Assembly: GCA_963700635.1 (NCBI GenBank)
Contig: CAVOYH010000004.1
Location: forward strand, 96,001-160,000
Length of the DNA stretch: 64,000 nucleotides
Direction: 5' to 3'
DNA from: an uncultured Bacteroidota bacterium
GTDB taxonomy: Bacteria; Bacteroidota; Ignavibacteria; UBA10030; UBA6906
A program made the position numbers and the translations under genes. The notes under the pieces were generated by a model. The model searched no databases and was not told the DNA's origin. It saw nothing but the letters and a program-made list of their open reading frames with translations. Below, in pieces: positions 39,916-51,105 of the stretch; within the stretch, counting starts at the first letter, position 1; each line of letters begins with the position of its first letter.

Positions 39916-41211
39916 ATGACCGTCGTCCCTGACGCACCTATTTCCTCAAAGCCCCCGCCGCCCCGATGGTTCCGATGGATGGTCCTCGTCCTGATCAGCC
40001 TGGCGATGTTTGGCAACTACTACATCTACGACAGTATCAGCCCCCTGGCGGATGTTCTGAAAGCCCAGCTCGGCTTTACTGATGGCGATATCGGCTGGCT
40101 CAATGCAATTTATAGTATTCCCAATGTCTTCATGGTGCTGATCGGGGGGTTTGTCATTGACCGGATTGGCATTCGTCGTTCAACGGCGATTTTTGCGGTC
40201 CTTTGTCTTATGGGAGCCGTCATCACCGCCAGTTCCGGTGTTCTGGAAACCATGGCGGCGGGAAGGCTGGTATTCGGCCTTGGCGCAGAATCACTGATTG
40301 TTGCAGTGACGACAGGAATCGCCAAGTGGTTCCGCGGCAAGGAGCTGAGTTTCGCCTTCGGGTTGAATCTGACCATCGCCCGGCTTGGCTCGTTTGCTGC
40401 ACTCAATTCGCCAAGTTGGGGAGGGGCGCTGTATGATTCGTGGCGCCTTCCATTATTGCTGTCCGTGGCCGCCGGTGTGATTTGCGTAGCGGGTGCGCTG
40501 ATCTACTGGATCCTTGAACGGTCAGGTGAAAAGCAGTATGATCTGGGAGGAGAGGGGAAGACGGACAAGATCGTGTTTCGCGACCTCCTCCGGTTCGGCA
40601 CTTCCTACTGGCTTATTGTTGCCCTGTGTGTTGTCTTCTACTCTGCGGTATTTCCGTTTCAGACTTTTGCCGTGAAGTTCTTTATGGAGGCGCACGGGAC
40701 AACCCGGGAGGTTGGAGGATTTCTGTCCAGCATCCTGACGTTATTTGCGATGATCGCCACGCCCCTGTTTGGTTATGTGGCAGACCGTAAGGGACACCGA
40801 GCGACGTATATGGTGTACGGATCGATTCTCCTGATCCCCGCATACCTCCTGATGGCATACACGTCAATAACTCTGTATGTTCCGATGGCCATGATGGGAG
40901 TGGCTTTTTCCCTGATACCTGCCGTCATGTGGCCGTCGGTTGCGTACATCGTGGGTCAGGAACGGCTCGGAACAGCGTATGGACTCATGACAATGATTCA
41001 GAACATAGGGCTCGCCGGATTTAATCTGCTCGTCGGCTGGGCCAATGACTCCTGGGCTGCAAGTGCAACACATCCGGAAGGATATATTCCCGGCATGTGG
41101 ATTTTTTCCGGGCTGGCGCTTCTGGGTATTGTCTTTGCATTACTTCTTCTCCGGCGTGAACGGGGTCCTGACCGTCATGGACTGGAGACCATCACCATCA
41201 CAAGTCAATAA
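39916..41211 (+). CDS. MFS transporter, MFSD1-like
   Basis: About 12 TM segments; FGNYYIYD, YSIPN, GGFVIDRIG, GRLVFGLGAE, KWFRGKELSFAFG. Confidence 0.88.
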   Translation: MTVVPDAPISSKPPPPRWFRWMVLVLISLAMFGNYYIYDSISPLADVLKAQLGFTDGDIGWLNAIYSIPNVFMVLIGGFVIDRIGIRRSTAIFAVLCLMGAVITASSGVLETMAAGRLVFGLGAESLIVAVTTGIAKWFRGKELSFAFGLNLTIARLGSFAALNSPSWGGALYDSWRLPLLLSVAAGVICVAGALIYWILERSGEKQYDLGGEGKTDKIVFRDLLRFGTSYWLIVALCVVFYSAVFPFQTFAVKFFMEAHGTTREVGGFLSSILTLFAMIATPLFGYVADRKGHRATYMVYGSILLIPAYLLMAYTSITLYVPMAMMGVAFSLIPAVMWPSVAYIVGQERLGTAYGLMTMIQNIGLAGFNLLVGWANDSWAASATHPEGYIPGMWIFSGLALLGIVFALLLLRRERGPDRHGLETITITSQ

Positions 41212-41250
41212 CGATCCGGCGCCGCCAGAGGCCGGAAGGGGGAGGGTACT

Positions 41251-42918
41251 GTGTCACGTGAGTCTCGTGTCGTAGTGTTCGTGCATGATGCTACGGATGC
41301 AGAGATGATTGAGATGCAGATGCGGAAGGCACGCGTCCACTGTTCTATCCAGCGTATTACCGCCAAGGATCAATTGTTAAGAACTATACGGAGTGCTCCG
41401 CCGGATCTGGTGATTGCCGAAGGTGCATTTCCCAGGTTGGACGTGCAGAACATCATGGGAAAAGCGCTGGCGGCCGCGCCCGGCACACCCTGGATTATCC
41501 TGGCGGCGCCGCAGACAGAGGATGCCGTGGTGGGGTGGATGAAAGCCGGGGCCGAAGATGTGGTTACCCGCAAGAGCCTGTCACGGCTGGGGAGCGCCGC
41601 TTCAGCGTTGCTGGAGAAATCCACCGCCGCCATCCCGCCCGCTCCGAAGCCTTCCGTGACCGCTTCTTCCCAGCCGGTGCTTCCATCTTCTCCCGCTCCG
41701 TCGCATCCGTCTCCAGCGCCTTCGCCGGGTCCTCCGGATGCGGGGAATACTCTGCTCCGCGATCTCGTGAAGCACGCGCCGGATCTTATGACCGTGCTGG
41801 ATGACCAGGGTGTCCGCCTGTACAGCAATCCCGCGCACCGTGACGTGCTCGACAGTCCGGAGCGTCTCCAGGGTACGGTTGCGTTTGTGGATGTGCACCC
41901 GGACGACCGTCAACGGGTTGCGGAGACCCTCCGTGCCGGAATGGAGGAAGGTGAAGAAATCCGCCTGGAATACCGCCTCATGGACAACAAGGGCTCTGTA
42001 CGTGTGCTGGAATCTGTCGGTGCCACATTTATTTCCGCGGCATCCGGGAAGACCAACGCAGTGGTCGTATCCCGGGATATGACCGAAAGGGCACAGCGGG
42101 AGCATGACCTGCAGGCTCTGCTGAAAGCGCTGGGCCCGCTCTCCGGAGAACCGTTTTTTCATAATCTGGTGAGTGTTATCGGCGACACGCTCGCGGTCCG
42201 GTATGTACTCGTCTCCGAGTGTTTGTACCAGCCATGCGAGCGTGTACGATCTCTGGCATATCTGGCAAACGGAACATTTATGCCCCCCTTCGAGTATGAT
42301 ATCACCGATACCACATGCGAGGCGGTCTTTGCCACCGGGGCACCTGTCCACTACCCCGATAGCGTCCAGGAGCTCTTTCCCAAAGAGACTGCCCTTGTTG
42401 CGATGGACGCGCGCAGTTATCTGGGCGTTCCACTTATCGGCACCGGTTCTGCCATTGTCGGTCATCTTTTTCTGATCGATGACAAACGGCTGGCGGATTC
42501 CGCCAGAGCGCTGAGCATGCTCACGCAGGTGGCAAACCGGACTGCGATGGAGGTGGAGCGGTTTCGGAAAGACCGTAGCGGCCGTGCGGCAGAATTTCGC
42601 CTCCGCTTCATTCTCGAAAGTCTGGCCGACGGAGTACTGGTGACCGATTCACACGATATTGTCACGTATCTCAATGAACAGGTTGTATCCTTTATCGGCT
42701 TCAGCGGAGTGGATATGATCGGAAAACCGCTTATGCAGTTTCTTGCGCAGGATCAGGACCCTCCTCTCGAGACGCTGCCCGAAGATGGGGAAATCCGAGT
42801 CCGGCTCCGTTGCCGGGACGGTGATGTTCGGGGGGCTGTCCTTCAGGCGAAGCCGCTGAAGGATGGTGCAGGCAGGGGGCTGGGCACAGTGTTTCTCGTC
42901 CGCCCGGCCGCCGACTGA
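41251..42918 (+). CDS. Degenerate REC-PAS-GAF-PAS signalling protein without output domain
   Basis: REC-like N-terminus (PDLVIAE, GAEDVV); Pro/Ser-rich linker; PAS (VHPDDR, EYRL, RDMTER); GAF (SYLGVPL...VGHL); terminal PAS. Confidence 0.75.
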   Translation: MSRESRVVVFVHDATDAEMIEMQMRKARVHCSIQRITAKDQLLRTIRSAPPDLVIAEGAFPRLDVQNIMGKALAAAPGTPWIILAAPQTEDAVVGWMKAGAEDVVTRKSLSRLGSAASALLEKSTAAIPPAPKPSVTASSQPVLPSSPAPSHPSPAPSPGPPDAGNTLLRDLVKHAPDLMTVLDDQGVRLYSNPAHRDVLDSPERLQGTVAFVDVHPDDRQRVAETLRAGMEEGEEIRLEYRLMDNKGSVRVLESVGATFISAASGKTNAVVVSRDMTERAQREHDLQALLKALGPLSGEPFFHNLVSVIGDTLAVRYVLVSECLYQPCERVRSLAYLANGTFMPPFEYDITDTTCEAVFATGAPVHYPDSVQELFPKETALVAMDARSYLGVPLIGTGSAIVGHLFLIDDKRLADSARALSMLTQVANRTAMEVERFRKDRSGRAAEFRLRFILESLADGVLVTDSHDIVTYLNEQVVSFIGFSGVDMIGKPLMQFLAQDQDPPLETLPEDGEIRVRLRCRDGDVRGAVLQAKPLKDGAGRGLGTVFLVRPAAD

Positions 42919-42986
42919 GTGTTGTTCGGGTTTTCCATCCGGAACCCGGGTGAATGAGGTTCCGGACCATCGATGGGATCGTTAGC

Positions 42987-45017
42987 ATGGCCTATACACT
43001 CGTTTCTGATTTTTTGCCTGCCGGGGATCAGCCCGAGGCAATACGGCAATTGAGTGAGGGGGTCCTGCGGGGAGACCGGTACCAGACGTTGCTCGGCGTT
43101 ACCGGAAGCGGAAAAACCTTCACGATCTCAAACGTCATTGCCAAACTGGACAAACCGGTCCTGGTAATGTCGCATAACAAGACACTTGCAGCCCAGCTGT
43201 ACGGTGAATTTAAGACCTTCTTTCCCCGCAACCGCGTAGAGTTCTTCATCAGCTACTACGACTACTACCAGCCGGAGGCCTATGTGCCTTCGACGGACAC
43301 CTACATTGCCAAAGACGCTTCCATCAACGATGAAATTGACCGGCTGCGTCTGCGCACCACGAGTGCGTTACTCAGCGGCGACACGAATGTTATCGTTGTT
43401 GCCTCGGTGAGCTGCATTTATGGCATTGGAGCTCCCGAGGAATGGGCGAGCCAGATCGTTGTGGTGCGGAAAGGGGACCGACTTGACCGGAACGCCCTCC
43501 TGCGCAAACTGCTGAACATCTATTATGTGCGGAACGATTTTGAGTTTGTCAGGGGTACGATGCGGGTCCGGGGGGATGTCGTAGAGGTGATTCCAGCATC
43601 GGAGAGCGAGGAGGCGGTACGGATCGCATTCTTCGGCGATGAGATCGAGCGGATCTCGTATATCAACGCAATCGATGGTTCGGTGGTCGGAGAGACGGAC
43701 TTCGAGGTGATTTATCCAGCAAAGCAGTTTGTCACCTCGCGCGAGACCCTTGACCGCGCTGTGCGCGGAATTGAAGTCGAGCTGGAGGATCGTCTGTCCG
43801 AATTGCGCCTCCAGAACAAACTTCTGGAAGCGCAGAGGCTCGAGCAGCGCACGCGGTTCGATCTCGAGATGATGCGTGAAGTGGGGTATTGCTCCGGCAT
43901 CGAAAATTATTCGCGGCATATTGCCGGCCGGGCCCCCGGATCCCGGTCTGCCTGCCTGCTGGACTATTTCCCGAAGGACTACCTCGTGGTGCTGGACGAA
44001 TCCCACGTGACGGTCCCTCAGATCGGCGGCATGTACCACGGTGATCGGTCGCGTAAGGTCACCCTTGTGGAGCACGGATTCCGGCTTCCTTCAGCTCTGG
44101 ACAATCGCCCGCTGACGTTCAAGGAGTGGGAAGAAATGGCCCCGCAGGTGGTTTTTGTGAGTGCGACACCCGCAAACTACGAGCTTGAAAAATCCGGCGG
44201 AATTATTGTGGAACAGGTGATCCGCCCCACGGGCCTGGTGGATCCGGAAGTGGAAATCCGCCCCGTCAAAAATCAAATTGATGATCTTATCGCGGAGATC
44301 CGGAGCAGGGCCGAGCGCAAGGAACGGGTGCTCGTAACAACTCTGACAAAAAGGATGGCGGAGGATCTTACCGATTACCTGGTGGGTATAGGGATCAAGG
44401 TCCGGTACATACACTCTGAAGTCGGCGCCCTTGAACGGGTAGAGATTCTCAGGGATTTACGCCTGGGAGATTTTGACGTGCTGGTGGGGGTGAATCTGCT
44501 GCGCGAGGGGTTGGACCTGCCTGAGGTGTCACTGGTGGCGATTCTGGATGCGGACAAGGAAGGGTTCCTCCGGTCCGAAAGGTCCCTGATCCAGACTGCC
44601 GGCAGGACTGCACGGAACGTGTACGGCAGGGTGATCATGTACGCCGATACCGTCACCGGTTCGATGCAGCGTATGCTCGACGAGACCAACCGCAGGCGTG
44701 AAAAACAACGGCTCTACAACACGGAACATGGTATTACACCGGCCACGGTCTATAAGACCATAACGGAAGTGCTGGCTGCCACAGCGGTAGCCGACGTGAA
44801 GGCTCAGCGTGATGCCCGGCGTGAACGTGCGAAGATGCCCAAAGTTGCAGAACAGGTGATCAGGTACCTGACCTCGGACCAGCGTAACGATCTTCTTGAT
44901 GAACTCAAGACCGAGATGCAGAATGCTGCACGGGATCTGGAGTTTGAAAAGGCGGCCGATTTGCGTGACGAGATCGAGCGATTGGAGAAACTGGATCCTG
45001 CGCCGAAAAAGAAGTAA
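42987..45017 (+). CDS. uvrB: Excinuclease ABC subunit B
   Basis: [46 protein letters not shown]-terminal UVR domain. Confidence 0.97.
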   Translation: MAYTLVSDFLPAGDQPEAIRQLSEGVLRGDRYQTLLGVTGSGKTFTISNVIAKLDKPVLVMSHNKTLAAQLYGEFKTFFPRNRVEFFISYYDYYQPEAYVPSTDTYIAKDASINDEIDRLRLRTTSALLSGDTNVIVVASVSCIYGIGAPEEWASQIVVVRKGDRLDRNALLRKLLNIYYVRNDFEFVRGTMRVRGDVVEVIPASESEEAVRIAFFGDEIERISYINAIDGSVVGETDFEVIYPAKQFVTSRETLDRAVRGIEVELEDRLSELRLQNKLLEAQRLEQRTRFDLEMMREVGYCSGIENYSRHIAGRAPGSRSACLLDYFPKDYLVVLDESHVTVPQIGGMYHGDRSRKVTLVEHGFRLPSALDNRPLTFKEWEEMAPQVVFVSATPANYELEKSGGIIVEQVIRPTGLVDPEVEIRPVKNQIDDLIAEIRSRAERKERVLVTTLTKRMAEDLTDYLVGIGIKVRYIHSEVGALERVEILRDLRLGDFDVLVGVNLLREGLDLPEVSLVAILDADKEGFLRSERSLIQTAGRTARNVYGRVIMYADTVTGSMQRMLDETNRRREKQRLYNTEHGITPATVYKTITEVLAATAVADVKAQRDARRERAKMPKVAEQVIRYLTSDQRNDLLDELKTEMQNAARDLEFEKAADLRDEIERLEKLDPAPKKK

Positions 45018-45044
45018 GGGCGGGGAATCGGAAATCGGCCCGGG

Positions 45045-45797
45045 ATGCGTGTACTTCCGGTACACGACTCCGGAGGCATTGTGCCGGTCGGCTCCTTCTC
45101 GCTGAGGGATGCGATACTCAGCTTCCTGTTTCCACCCGTCTGTTTTTGCTGCGCGTCCCTCCTTTCTTCTTCAACCCGCCTCCTTTGTCCGCCGTGCCAG
45201 TCCAGAATCCTGCCCCTGTTGCCCGACGATCCTCTCTTCTGCAGCACCTATCACCGGCTCTGTGACGACGGCCTGTGCGCTGATCTGGTCAGTGCATATC
45301 ATTTTGAGAAAGAAGGGCCGGTGCAGGCACTTGTGCATGCCATGAAATACCGCGGAGGTGTGGCGGTTGGCAGCCATCTCGGCGTCTGTGTCGGGCAGCT
45401 CATCCTCCGGCGGGCATGGGCTGCCTCAATCGACCTGATCGTGCCTCTCCCTCTCCACAGGGCTCGATTTCGCGAACGCGGATACAATCAGGCCGAACTC
45501 TTTGCCCGTGGCATAGCCGGGGTACTCGACGTGCCGGTGGTGCGTTCAGGATTACGCCGGGCACGATGGACTGACTCGCAGACGAAGCTCGGGTATGCCG
45601 AACGACAGGCGAATGTAGCATTCGCGTTTGAACTGCTTCCAAAGAAAAAATCCCCCCTGCAGGGAAAGAATATTCTTCTGGTTGATGATGTCATCACGAC
45701 AGGGGCGACGATTCGGGCTTGTGCTGCGGCTCTCTCCAGCGGCACGGGAAGCACGGTGTATGTCGCATCCATTGCCCTTGCAGAGCAGAATCCTTGA
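45045..45797 (+). CDS. comF: ComF family phosphoribosyltransferase-like protein
   Basis: FPPVCFCC...LCPPC, RGYNQAE, LLVDDVITTGAT. Confidence 0.85.
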   Translation: MRVLPVHDSGGIVPVGSFSLRDAILSFLFPPVCFCCASLLSSSTRLLCPPCQSRILPLLPDDPLFCSTYHRLCDDGLCADLVSAYHFEKEGPVQALVHAMKYRGGVAVGSHLGVCVGQLILRRAWAASIDLIVPLPLHRARFRERGYNQAELFARGIAGVLDVPVVRSGLRRARWTDSQTKLGYAERQANVAFAFELLPKKKSPLQGKNILLVDDVITTGATIRACAAALSSGTGSTVYVASIALAEQNP

Positions 45798-45822
45798 CAA
45801 TGGCACGCGCGCTTGGTAAATT
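45794..45822 (+). promoter_or_regulatory. Sigma70-type promoter for gap
   Basis: TTGACA-N17-TAAATT; GGAGG SD before ATG 45897. Confidence 0.7.
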
Positions 45823-45896
45823 AATAAGAATATGTACAATTGAACCACCCTTAACCAAGCATACTCTCTTCATTTCTGGACTCACGGAGGATTATC

Positions 45897-46889
45897 ATGG
45901 CAATCAATATCGGCATTAACGGTTTTGGTCGTATCGGGCGGCTCGTGTTCCGACGGATGATGCAGACCGGCGGGTTTAATATCGTCGGGATCAATGATAT
46001 CACCGATGCAAAAACGCTTGCATACCTCTTGAAGTACGACTCAGTGCATGGCATATATCCCGGAACAATAACCGCGGAAGCGGATGGTTTTGTGGCGGAC
46101 GGGAAAAAGTACAAGGTGATGGCGGAAAAGGATCCCACCAAGCTTCCCTGGAAGAGCCTGGGAGCTGATATCGTGATTGAGGGAACGGGTGTGTTCACGA
46201 GCCGCGAAAAACTCCAGATGCACATCACCGCCGGCGCCAAGAAGGTCCTCCTGACCGCCCCGGCCAAAGACGAAATCGACGCCACAATTGTGGTCGGCGT
46301 GAATGACAACATTCTCACCGGCAAGGAAGTCCTTCTTTCGAATGCTTCCTGTACGACCAACTGTCTAGCGCCGATGGTAAAAGTGATTCACGAGACATTC
46401 GGTCTGGATCATGGTCTGATGACCACCATCCATTCGTACACCAATGACCAGCGCGTGCTTGATCTCCCGCACAAAGATCTGCGCCGTGCGCGTGCCGCCG
46501 CCCTGTCGATCATTCCGACGACCACGGGTGCCGCGCGGACGGTCGGCAAGGTGATTCCGGAGTTAAAGGGCAAGCTGGACGGTTTTTCGCTGCGCGTGCC
46601 GACGCCGGACGCTTCCATTACCGATCTTGTTGCCGTGCTCAAAAAGCCGGCGACAAAAGACGAAGTGAATGCCGCAATGAAGAAGGCCGCCGAGACCACC
46701 ATGAAGGGCATTATCCAGTACACGGAAGATGAACTCGTCTCCAGCGACATCATCGGCAACGAATATTCCTGCATCTTCGATTCGAAGCTCACGATGTCAC
46801 TCGGAAACACGATCAAGGTATTCGGCTGGTACGATAACGAATGGGGATTCTCCTGCCGGGTGATCGATCTGCTTAAAAAGATCGCGTAA
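45897..46889 (+). CDS. gap: Glyceraldehyde-3-phosphate dehydrogenase type I
   Basis: [34 protein letters not shown]. Confidence 0.98.
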   Translation: MAINIGINGFGRIGRLVFRRMMQTGGFNIVGINDITDAKTLAYLLKYDSVHGIYPGTITAEADGFVADGKKYKVMAEKDPTKLPWKSLGADIVIEGTGVFTSREKLQMHITAGAKKVLLTAPAKDEIDATIVVGVNDNILTGKEVLLSNASCTTNCLAPMVKVIHETFGLDHGLMTTIHSYTNDQRVLDLPHKDLRRARAAALSIIPTTTGAARTVGKVIPELKGKLDGFSLRVPTPDASITDLVAVLKKPATKDEVNAAMKKAAETTMKGIIQYTEDELVSSDIIGNEYSCIFDSKLTMSLGNTIKVFGWYDNEWGFSCRVIDLLKKIA

Positions 46890-46907
46890 TGATTGCAGTC
46901 CGGAAAC

Positions 46908-46954
46908 GCGGCTGCCGGTGTCCGGATACGGAAGCGGTGGCCGCAGTTTTTTTT
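46908..46954 (+). terminator. Intrinsic terminator between gap and pgk
   Basis: GCGGCTGCCG...TCCG-GATA-CGGA...CGGTGGCCGC followed by T8. Confidence 0.7.
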
Positions 46955-46973
46955 GAACGAGAGGAAACCTTCG

Positions 46974-48170
46974 ATGACAACAAAGACGATTGATGATGTG
47001 AATCTGGCCGGGAAAAAGGTGCTGGTCCGCGTGGACTTTAATGTGCCGATGACTCCGGACCTCAAGGTGTCTGATGACAAAAGGATGGTCGAATCGCTGC
47101 CGACGATCAAAAAGATTCTTGATGCCGGGGGCGCGGTAATTCTCATGAGCCATCTCGGACGCCCGAAGGGGAAACCGACGCCGGAGTTTTCACTGAAGCC
47201 CGTTGCGCAGCATCTTGGCACGTTATTGAAGACCAGTGTGAAGTTTGCGGAAGATTGTGCGGGCAAAGTGGCGCGCGCTGCGGTGGACACACTCAAACCC
47301 GGCGAGGTGCTGTTATTGGAAAACCTGCGCTTTCATGCTGAAGAGGAAAAGAACGACGAGACCTTTGCGAAGGAACTCGCGTCACTGGGTCAGGTCTATG
47401 TGAATGATGCGTTCGGGACCGCCCATCGCGCCCATGCTTCCACCGAGGGTATCACGCGGTTCGTGAAGCCCTGTGTGGCGGGTTATCTCATGCGCAAGGA
47501 AATTGAATACCTCGGCCGGGCTGTGGCAAACCCCGTTCGGCCGTATATTGCCATCCTGGGTGGCGCGAAGATCTCCGGAAAAATTGACGTGATCCAGAAC
47601 CTGATGCCAAAGGTTGATGCCCTTGTGATCGGCGGGGGGATGGCGTTTACGTTTTTTCAGGCGCAGGGTATGGAAGTCGGAGATTCACTTGTCGAACAGG
47701 AAAAACTCGTTCTCGCGAAACAGATCCTCGAAGACGTCAAGGCAAAACGTATGCGCCTGATCCTGCCCGTGGATTGTGTGGTGGCGGACAAGTTTGAAAA
47801 TGACGCCCAACGCAAAGTTGTGCCCGTGAACAAGATTCCATCCGGATGGCGCGGCCTGGATATCGGGCCGGAAACTGTCAAGGTGATCAATATGGAATTA
47901 CGCCGTGCAAAGACCATCGTGTGGAACGGACCGATGGGGGTGTTCGAGATGTCCAACTTCGCGAACGGCACCATGGAAGTCGCAAAACTCCTGGCCGAGG
48001 CAACACGTGCCGGGGCGACAACGATTGTGGGTGGAGGAGACTCTGCTGCTGCGATTGCCCAGGCCGGATACGAAACAGCTGTTTCGCATGTCTCTACCGG
48101 CGGCGGGGCTTCTCTCGAATATCTCGAAGGAAGGACTCTTCCCGGTCTCGCCGCGCTCGACGTAAAGTGA
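46974..48170 (+). CDS. pgk: Phosphoglycerate kinase
   Basis: [49 protein letters not shown]. Confidence 0.98.
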   Translation: MTTKTIDDVNLAGKKVLVRVDFNVPMTPDLKVSDDKRMVESLPTIKKILDAGGAVILMSHLGRPKGKPTPEFSLKPVAQHLGTLLKTSVKFAEDCAGKVARAAVDTLKPGEVLLLENLRFHAEEEKNDETFAKELASLGQVYVNDAFGTAHRAHASTEGITRFVKPCVAGYLMRKEIEYLGRAVANPVRPYIAILGGAKISGKIDVIQNLMPKVDALVIGGGMAFTFFQAQGMEVGDSLVEQEKLVLAKQILEDVKAKRMRLILPVDCVVADKFENDAQRKVVPVNKIPSGWRGLDIGPETVKVINMELRRAKTIVWNGPMGVFEMSNFANGTMEVAKLLAEATRAGATTIVGGGDSAAAIAQAGYETAVSHVSTGGGASLEYLEGRTLPGLAALDVK

Positions 48171-48222
48171 ACCAATCAGGCTCCGGCAGTGTTGAAGCCG
48201 TAAGGTAGGGAGGAATTAATCG

Positions 48223-49146
48223 ATGTCGTCATACGGATCCACCCGGTCCGGAATGTTCTACCGTCCCGGTTTTTTCGGGGGGTTCAGCATGTTCCCGCCG
48301 GTGATCAAAGCGCTGATAATCAGCAATGTTGTTGTCTGGTTTCTCCTGGACTTCCTTCTCGCTCCGTTTACGCTCAGCGGAATTCCGATATTCGGTATCC
48401 TTACAGAGTATCTTGCCCTGTGGCCGCTCGGGACAAATTTCTGGCCCTGGCAGCTTGTCACATACATGTTCCTGCATGGGGGGTTCCTCCATCTGTTTTT
48501 TAATATGCTCGCGCTCTGGATGTTCGGCATGGAGCTCGAGAACGCGTGGGGATCCCGGAAGTTCCTGATCTATTACCTGCTCTGCGGCGTGGGCGCCGGG
48601 GTGGCCAATGTTCTGATTGCACCGCTCATCGGTCAGGGAGCACCGACAGTGGGCGCTTCGGGCGCGGTGTTCGGGGTGCTGATCGGCTTTGCCATGCTGT
48701 TTCCGGACAGACCGATCTATCTCTATTTCCTTTTTCCCGTTCGCGCAAAGTACCTGATAGCCGTCTGGATCGGGCTGGAACTCTTCTTCGGCGTTACGGG
48801 AAGCTCCGATGGTGTCGCACATTTTGCGCATCTGGGAGGAGCTGCAGTGGGACTCGTGTACATGCTTGCGGAACTCGGCATTATCCCCGTGCGCGAGTGG
48901 TTGATCACGTTCAGGGGTGAAGAGGCGCACCCGTTCACCACCACGTCGCGCATCCGCAAGAGTGGAAACGAAGTACGCGATGCGCAGTTCTTTGACATCC
49001 GTACAGGAAAACCATCGGATCGAAAGCCGGAGGTCACTCAGGAAGATATTGACGCTATTCTTGATAAAATCAGCACCGGCGGGTATCAGAGCCTGACGGA
49101 AGAAGAAAAACGTATACTGAACGAAGCAAGCAAACGGATGCATTAG
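48223..49146 (+). CDS. Rhomboid intramembrane serine protease with small C-terminal domain
   Basis: WQLVTYMFLH, HLFFNM, GASGA, AHFAHLGG; C-terminal IDAILDKI...SLTEEEK. Confidence 0.92.
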   Translation: MSSYGSTRSGMFYRPGFFGGFSMFPPVIKALIISNVVVWFLLDFLLAPFTLSGIPIFGILTEYLALWPLGTNFWPWQLVTYMFLHGGFLHLFFNMLALWMFGMELENAWGSRKFLIYYLLCGVGAGVANVLIAPLIGQGAPTVGASGAVFGVLIGFAMLFPDRPIYLYFLFPVRAKYLIAVWIGLELFFGVTGSSDGVAHFAHLGGAAVGLVYMLAELGIIPVREWLITFRGEEAHPFTTTSRIRKSGNEVRDAQFFDIRTGKPSDRKPEVTQEDIDAILDKISTGGYQSLTEEEKRILNEASKRMH

Positions 49147-49156
49147 GCAGGAGCGT

Positions 49157-50281
49157 ATGGAGATTCCGATACTGAACATGGCGGACGGTGCACAGGAGCA
49201 GAAACCTGAGGTACAGCGAACGCTGCGGCGCGCGACACGACAGGTCATGATCGGCGGTATCCGTGTCGGTGGCGCCGCACCGATTTCGGTTCAGACCATG
49301 ACAAAGACAAAAACCTCGGATACTGCCGGCACCGTGGCGCAGATCATTGCAGCGGCAGATGCCGGCTGCGACATCGTCCGTGTGACGGTGAACGACAAAG
49401 AAGCTGCGGACGCGATGAAGACCATCGTCCTGCAGTCGCCGATTCCCGTGGTTGCTGATATCCACTTTAACCACGTCTTCGCCCTCAAAGCCATCGAAGC
49501 AAATGTCGCCAAGGTACGCATCAATCCCGGCAACATCGGCAGCCACGATCGTATCCAACAGGTGCTGGGTGCTGCACGCGACAAGGGGATTCCCATCAGG
49601 ATAGGCGTGAACTCGGGCTCTCTGGAGGAAGATATTCTCAACAAGCATGGATACCCGACTGCAGAAGCGCTGTTTGAAAGTGCGATGCGCCACGTGGGTA
49701 TCTGTGAAGACTTCGGATTCAAGGACATCGTGATATCGGTAAAGTCCACGGACGTGCGCCTCATGATCGAAGCATACCGTCTGGTGGCCCAACGAACGGA
49801 CATTCCCCTGCACCTTGGCGTCACCGAGGCCGGCACCACGCGCATTGGAACAATCAAATCTGCCGTGGGCATCGGCACGCTGCTGGCAGAAGGCATTGGA
49901 GACACGATCCGTGTGTCATTGACGGATGACCCCGTGAAGGAGGTGGAGGTCGGCAAAGAAATCCTCCGCTCTCTCGGTCTCGCCACACGCAACGTCGAGT
50001 TGATCGCATGCCCGACCTGCGGGCGCCTCGAGGTTGATCTGTTTGCGATCATGGCCGAACTGGAGAAACGGCTTGAAGGAGTTAAAAAGCCGGTGAAAAT
50101 CGCCGTTCTGGGCTGTGTGGTGAACGGACCCGGCGAAGCGAGCGAAGCAGACATCGGGATTGCAGCAGGCAAGGGAGTGGGGATCCTGTACCGCAAGGGG
50201 GAGGTGATACGAAAGGTGAAAGAATCCGAAATCGTGGATGTGATAGTGGAAGAAGTTCATAAATTCCAGCCGGAATCGTGA
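49157..50281 (+). CDS. ispG: 4-hydroxy-3-methylbut-2-en-1-yl diphosphate synthase
   Basis: VADIHF, RINPGN, RIGVNSGSL, HLGVTEAG, IACPTCGR, LGCVVNGPGE. Confidence 0.97.
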   Translation: MEIPILNMADGAQEQKPEVQRTLRRATRQVMIGGIRVGGAAPISVQTMTKTKTSDTAGTVAQIIAAADAGCDIVRVTVNDKEAADAMKTIVLQSPIPVVADIHFNHVFALKAIEANVAKVRINPGNIGSHDRIQQVLGAARDKGIPIRIGVNSGSLEEDILNKHGYPTAEALFESAMRHVGICEDFGFKDIVISVKSTDVRLMIEAYRLVAQRTDIPLHLGVTEAGTTRIGTIKSAVGIGTLLAEGIGDTIRVSLTDDPVKEVEVGKEILRSLGLATRNVELIACPTCGRLEVDLFAIMAELEKRLEGVKKPVKIAVLGCVVNGPGEASEADIGIAAGKGVGILYRKGEVIRKVKESEIVDVIVEEVHKFQPES

Positions 50282-50315
50282 CGACCCTCCCTCACAGCAC
50301 CGGCCGGGTGATCCT

Positions 50316-51101
50316 ATGAATATCCTCTTCGTGGGCGACATCGTCGGCACTCCGGGCCTTGACCTGGCGACGGCGCTCGTGCCCGGGCTGGTAAAGAAGC
50401 ATGATGTTGATCTCCTGATCGTTAACGGAGAAAATGCGACGGAAGGAAAGGGGATCTCCGAAGACCACGCCAAAAAGATCTTCGGCTTCGGCGCCCATGT
50501 TATCACGACAGGGAATCATGTCTGGGATCGCTGGGACAGCAGGAAAGTGCTGGGCGCAGATCGCCGCATCCTGAGACCGCTTAATTATCCGCGCGACAAC
50601 GGGGGCAACGGGTTCCTCGTGGTGGATCTCGGGGAGAAGGGGAAAGCCGGTGTGCTGAATGTTCAGGGACGGGTCTACATGCAGGCCATAGACGACCCGT
50701 TCCGGTCCGCCGAATGGGCTGTGGCGAAGATTCAGGAGGAGACCAGGATTATCTTTGTTGATTTTCATGCGGATGCCACGGCGGAAAAAATGGCCATGGG
50801 ATGGTTTCTCGATGGAAAGGTTACCGCACTGGCCGGAACGCACACGCACACGCCGACAGCGGACGGCCGGATTCTTCCCCGTGGTACGGCGTTTATTACC
50901 GACGTGGGTATGACCGGCCCGTATGATTCCGTGCTCGGTATGCGCAAGGAAGCGGCCCTCAAACGACTCGTGCTGGGAACTCCGCATAAGTACGAGGTGG
51001 CCAGCAATGACGTCCGGCTGTGCGGACTCTTTGTCAAAGCCGATCCTGCAACAGGGCATGCCCTTGCCATGGAACAGATTATCTTTCCCACGTTTTCCTA
51101 G
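50316..51101 (+). CDS. TIGR00282/YmdB-family metallophosphoesterase
   Basis: GDIVG, NGEN, TGNH, DFHADAT, GTHTH, TDVGMTGP. Confidence 0.92.
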   Translation: MNILFVGDIVGTPGLDLATALVPGLVKKHDVDLLIVNGENATEGKGISEDHAKKIFGFGAHVITTGNHVWDRWDSRKVLGADRRILRPLNYPRDNGGNGFLVVDLGEKGKAGVLNVQGRVYMQAIDDPFRSAEWAVAKIQEETRIIFVDFHADATAEKMAMGWFLDGKVTALAGTHTHTPTADGRILPRGTAFITDVGMTGPYDSVLGMRKEAALKRLVLGTPHKYEVASNDVRLCGLFVKADPATGHALAMEQIIFPTFS

Positions 51102-51105
51102 GACT

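Noticed and set aside
45801-45816. TGGCAC...TTGG sigma54-like element upstream of gap
   Set aside because: Spacing is 6 rather than 5 nt, the -12 element is poor, and it lies inside the spacer of a good TTGACA-N17-TAAATT promoter.
48229-49248. Long antisense ORFs here and at 17069-17947, 33974-34867, 46409-47296, 49291-50196, 50292-51221
   Set aside because: They are shadows of well-conserved sense genes in GC-rich DNA and carry no recognisable motifs.
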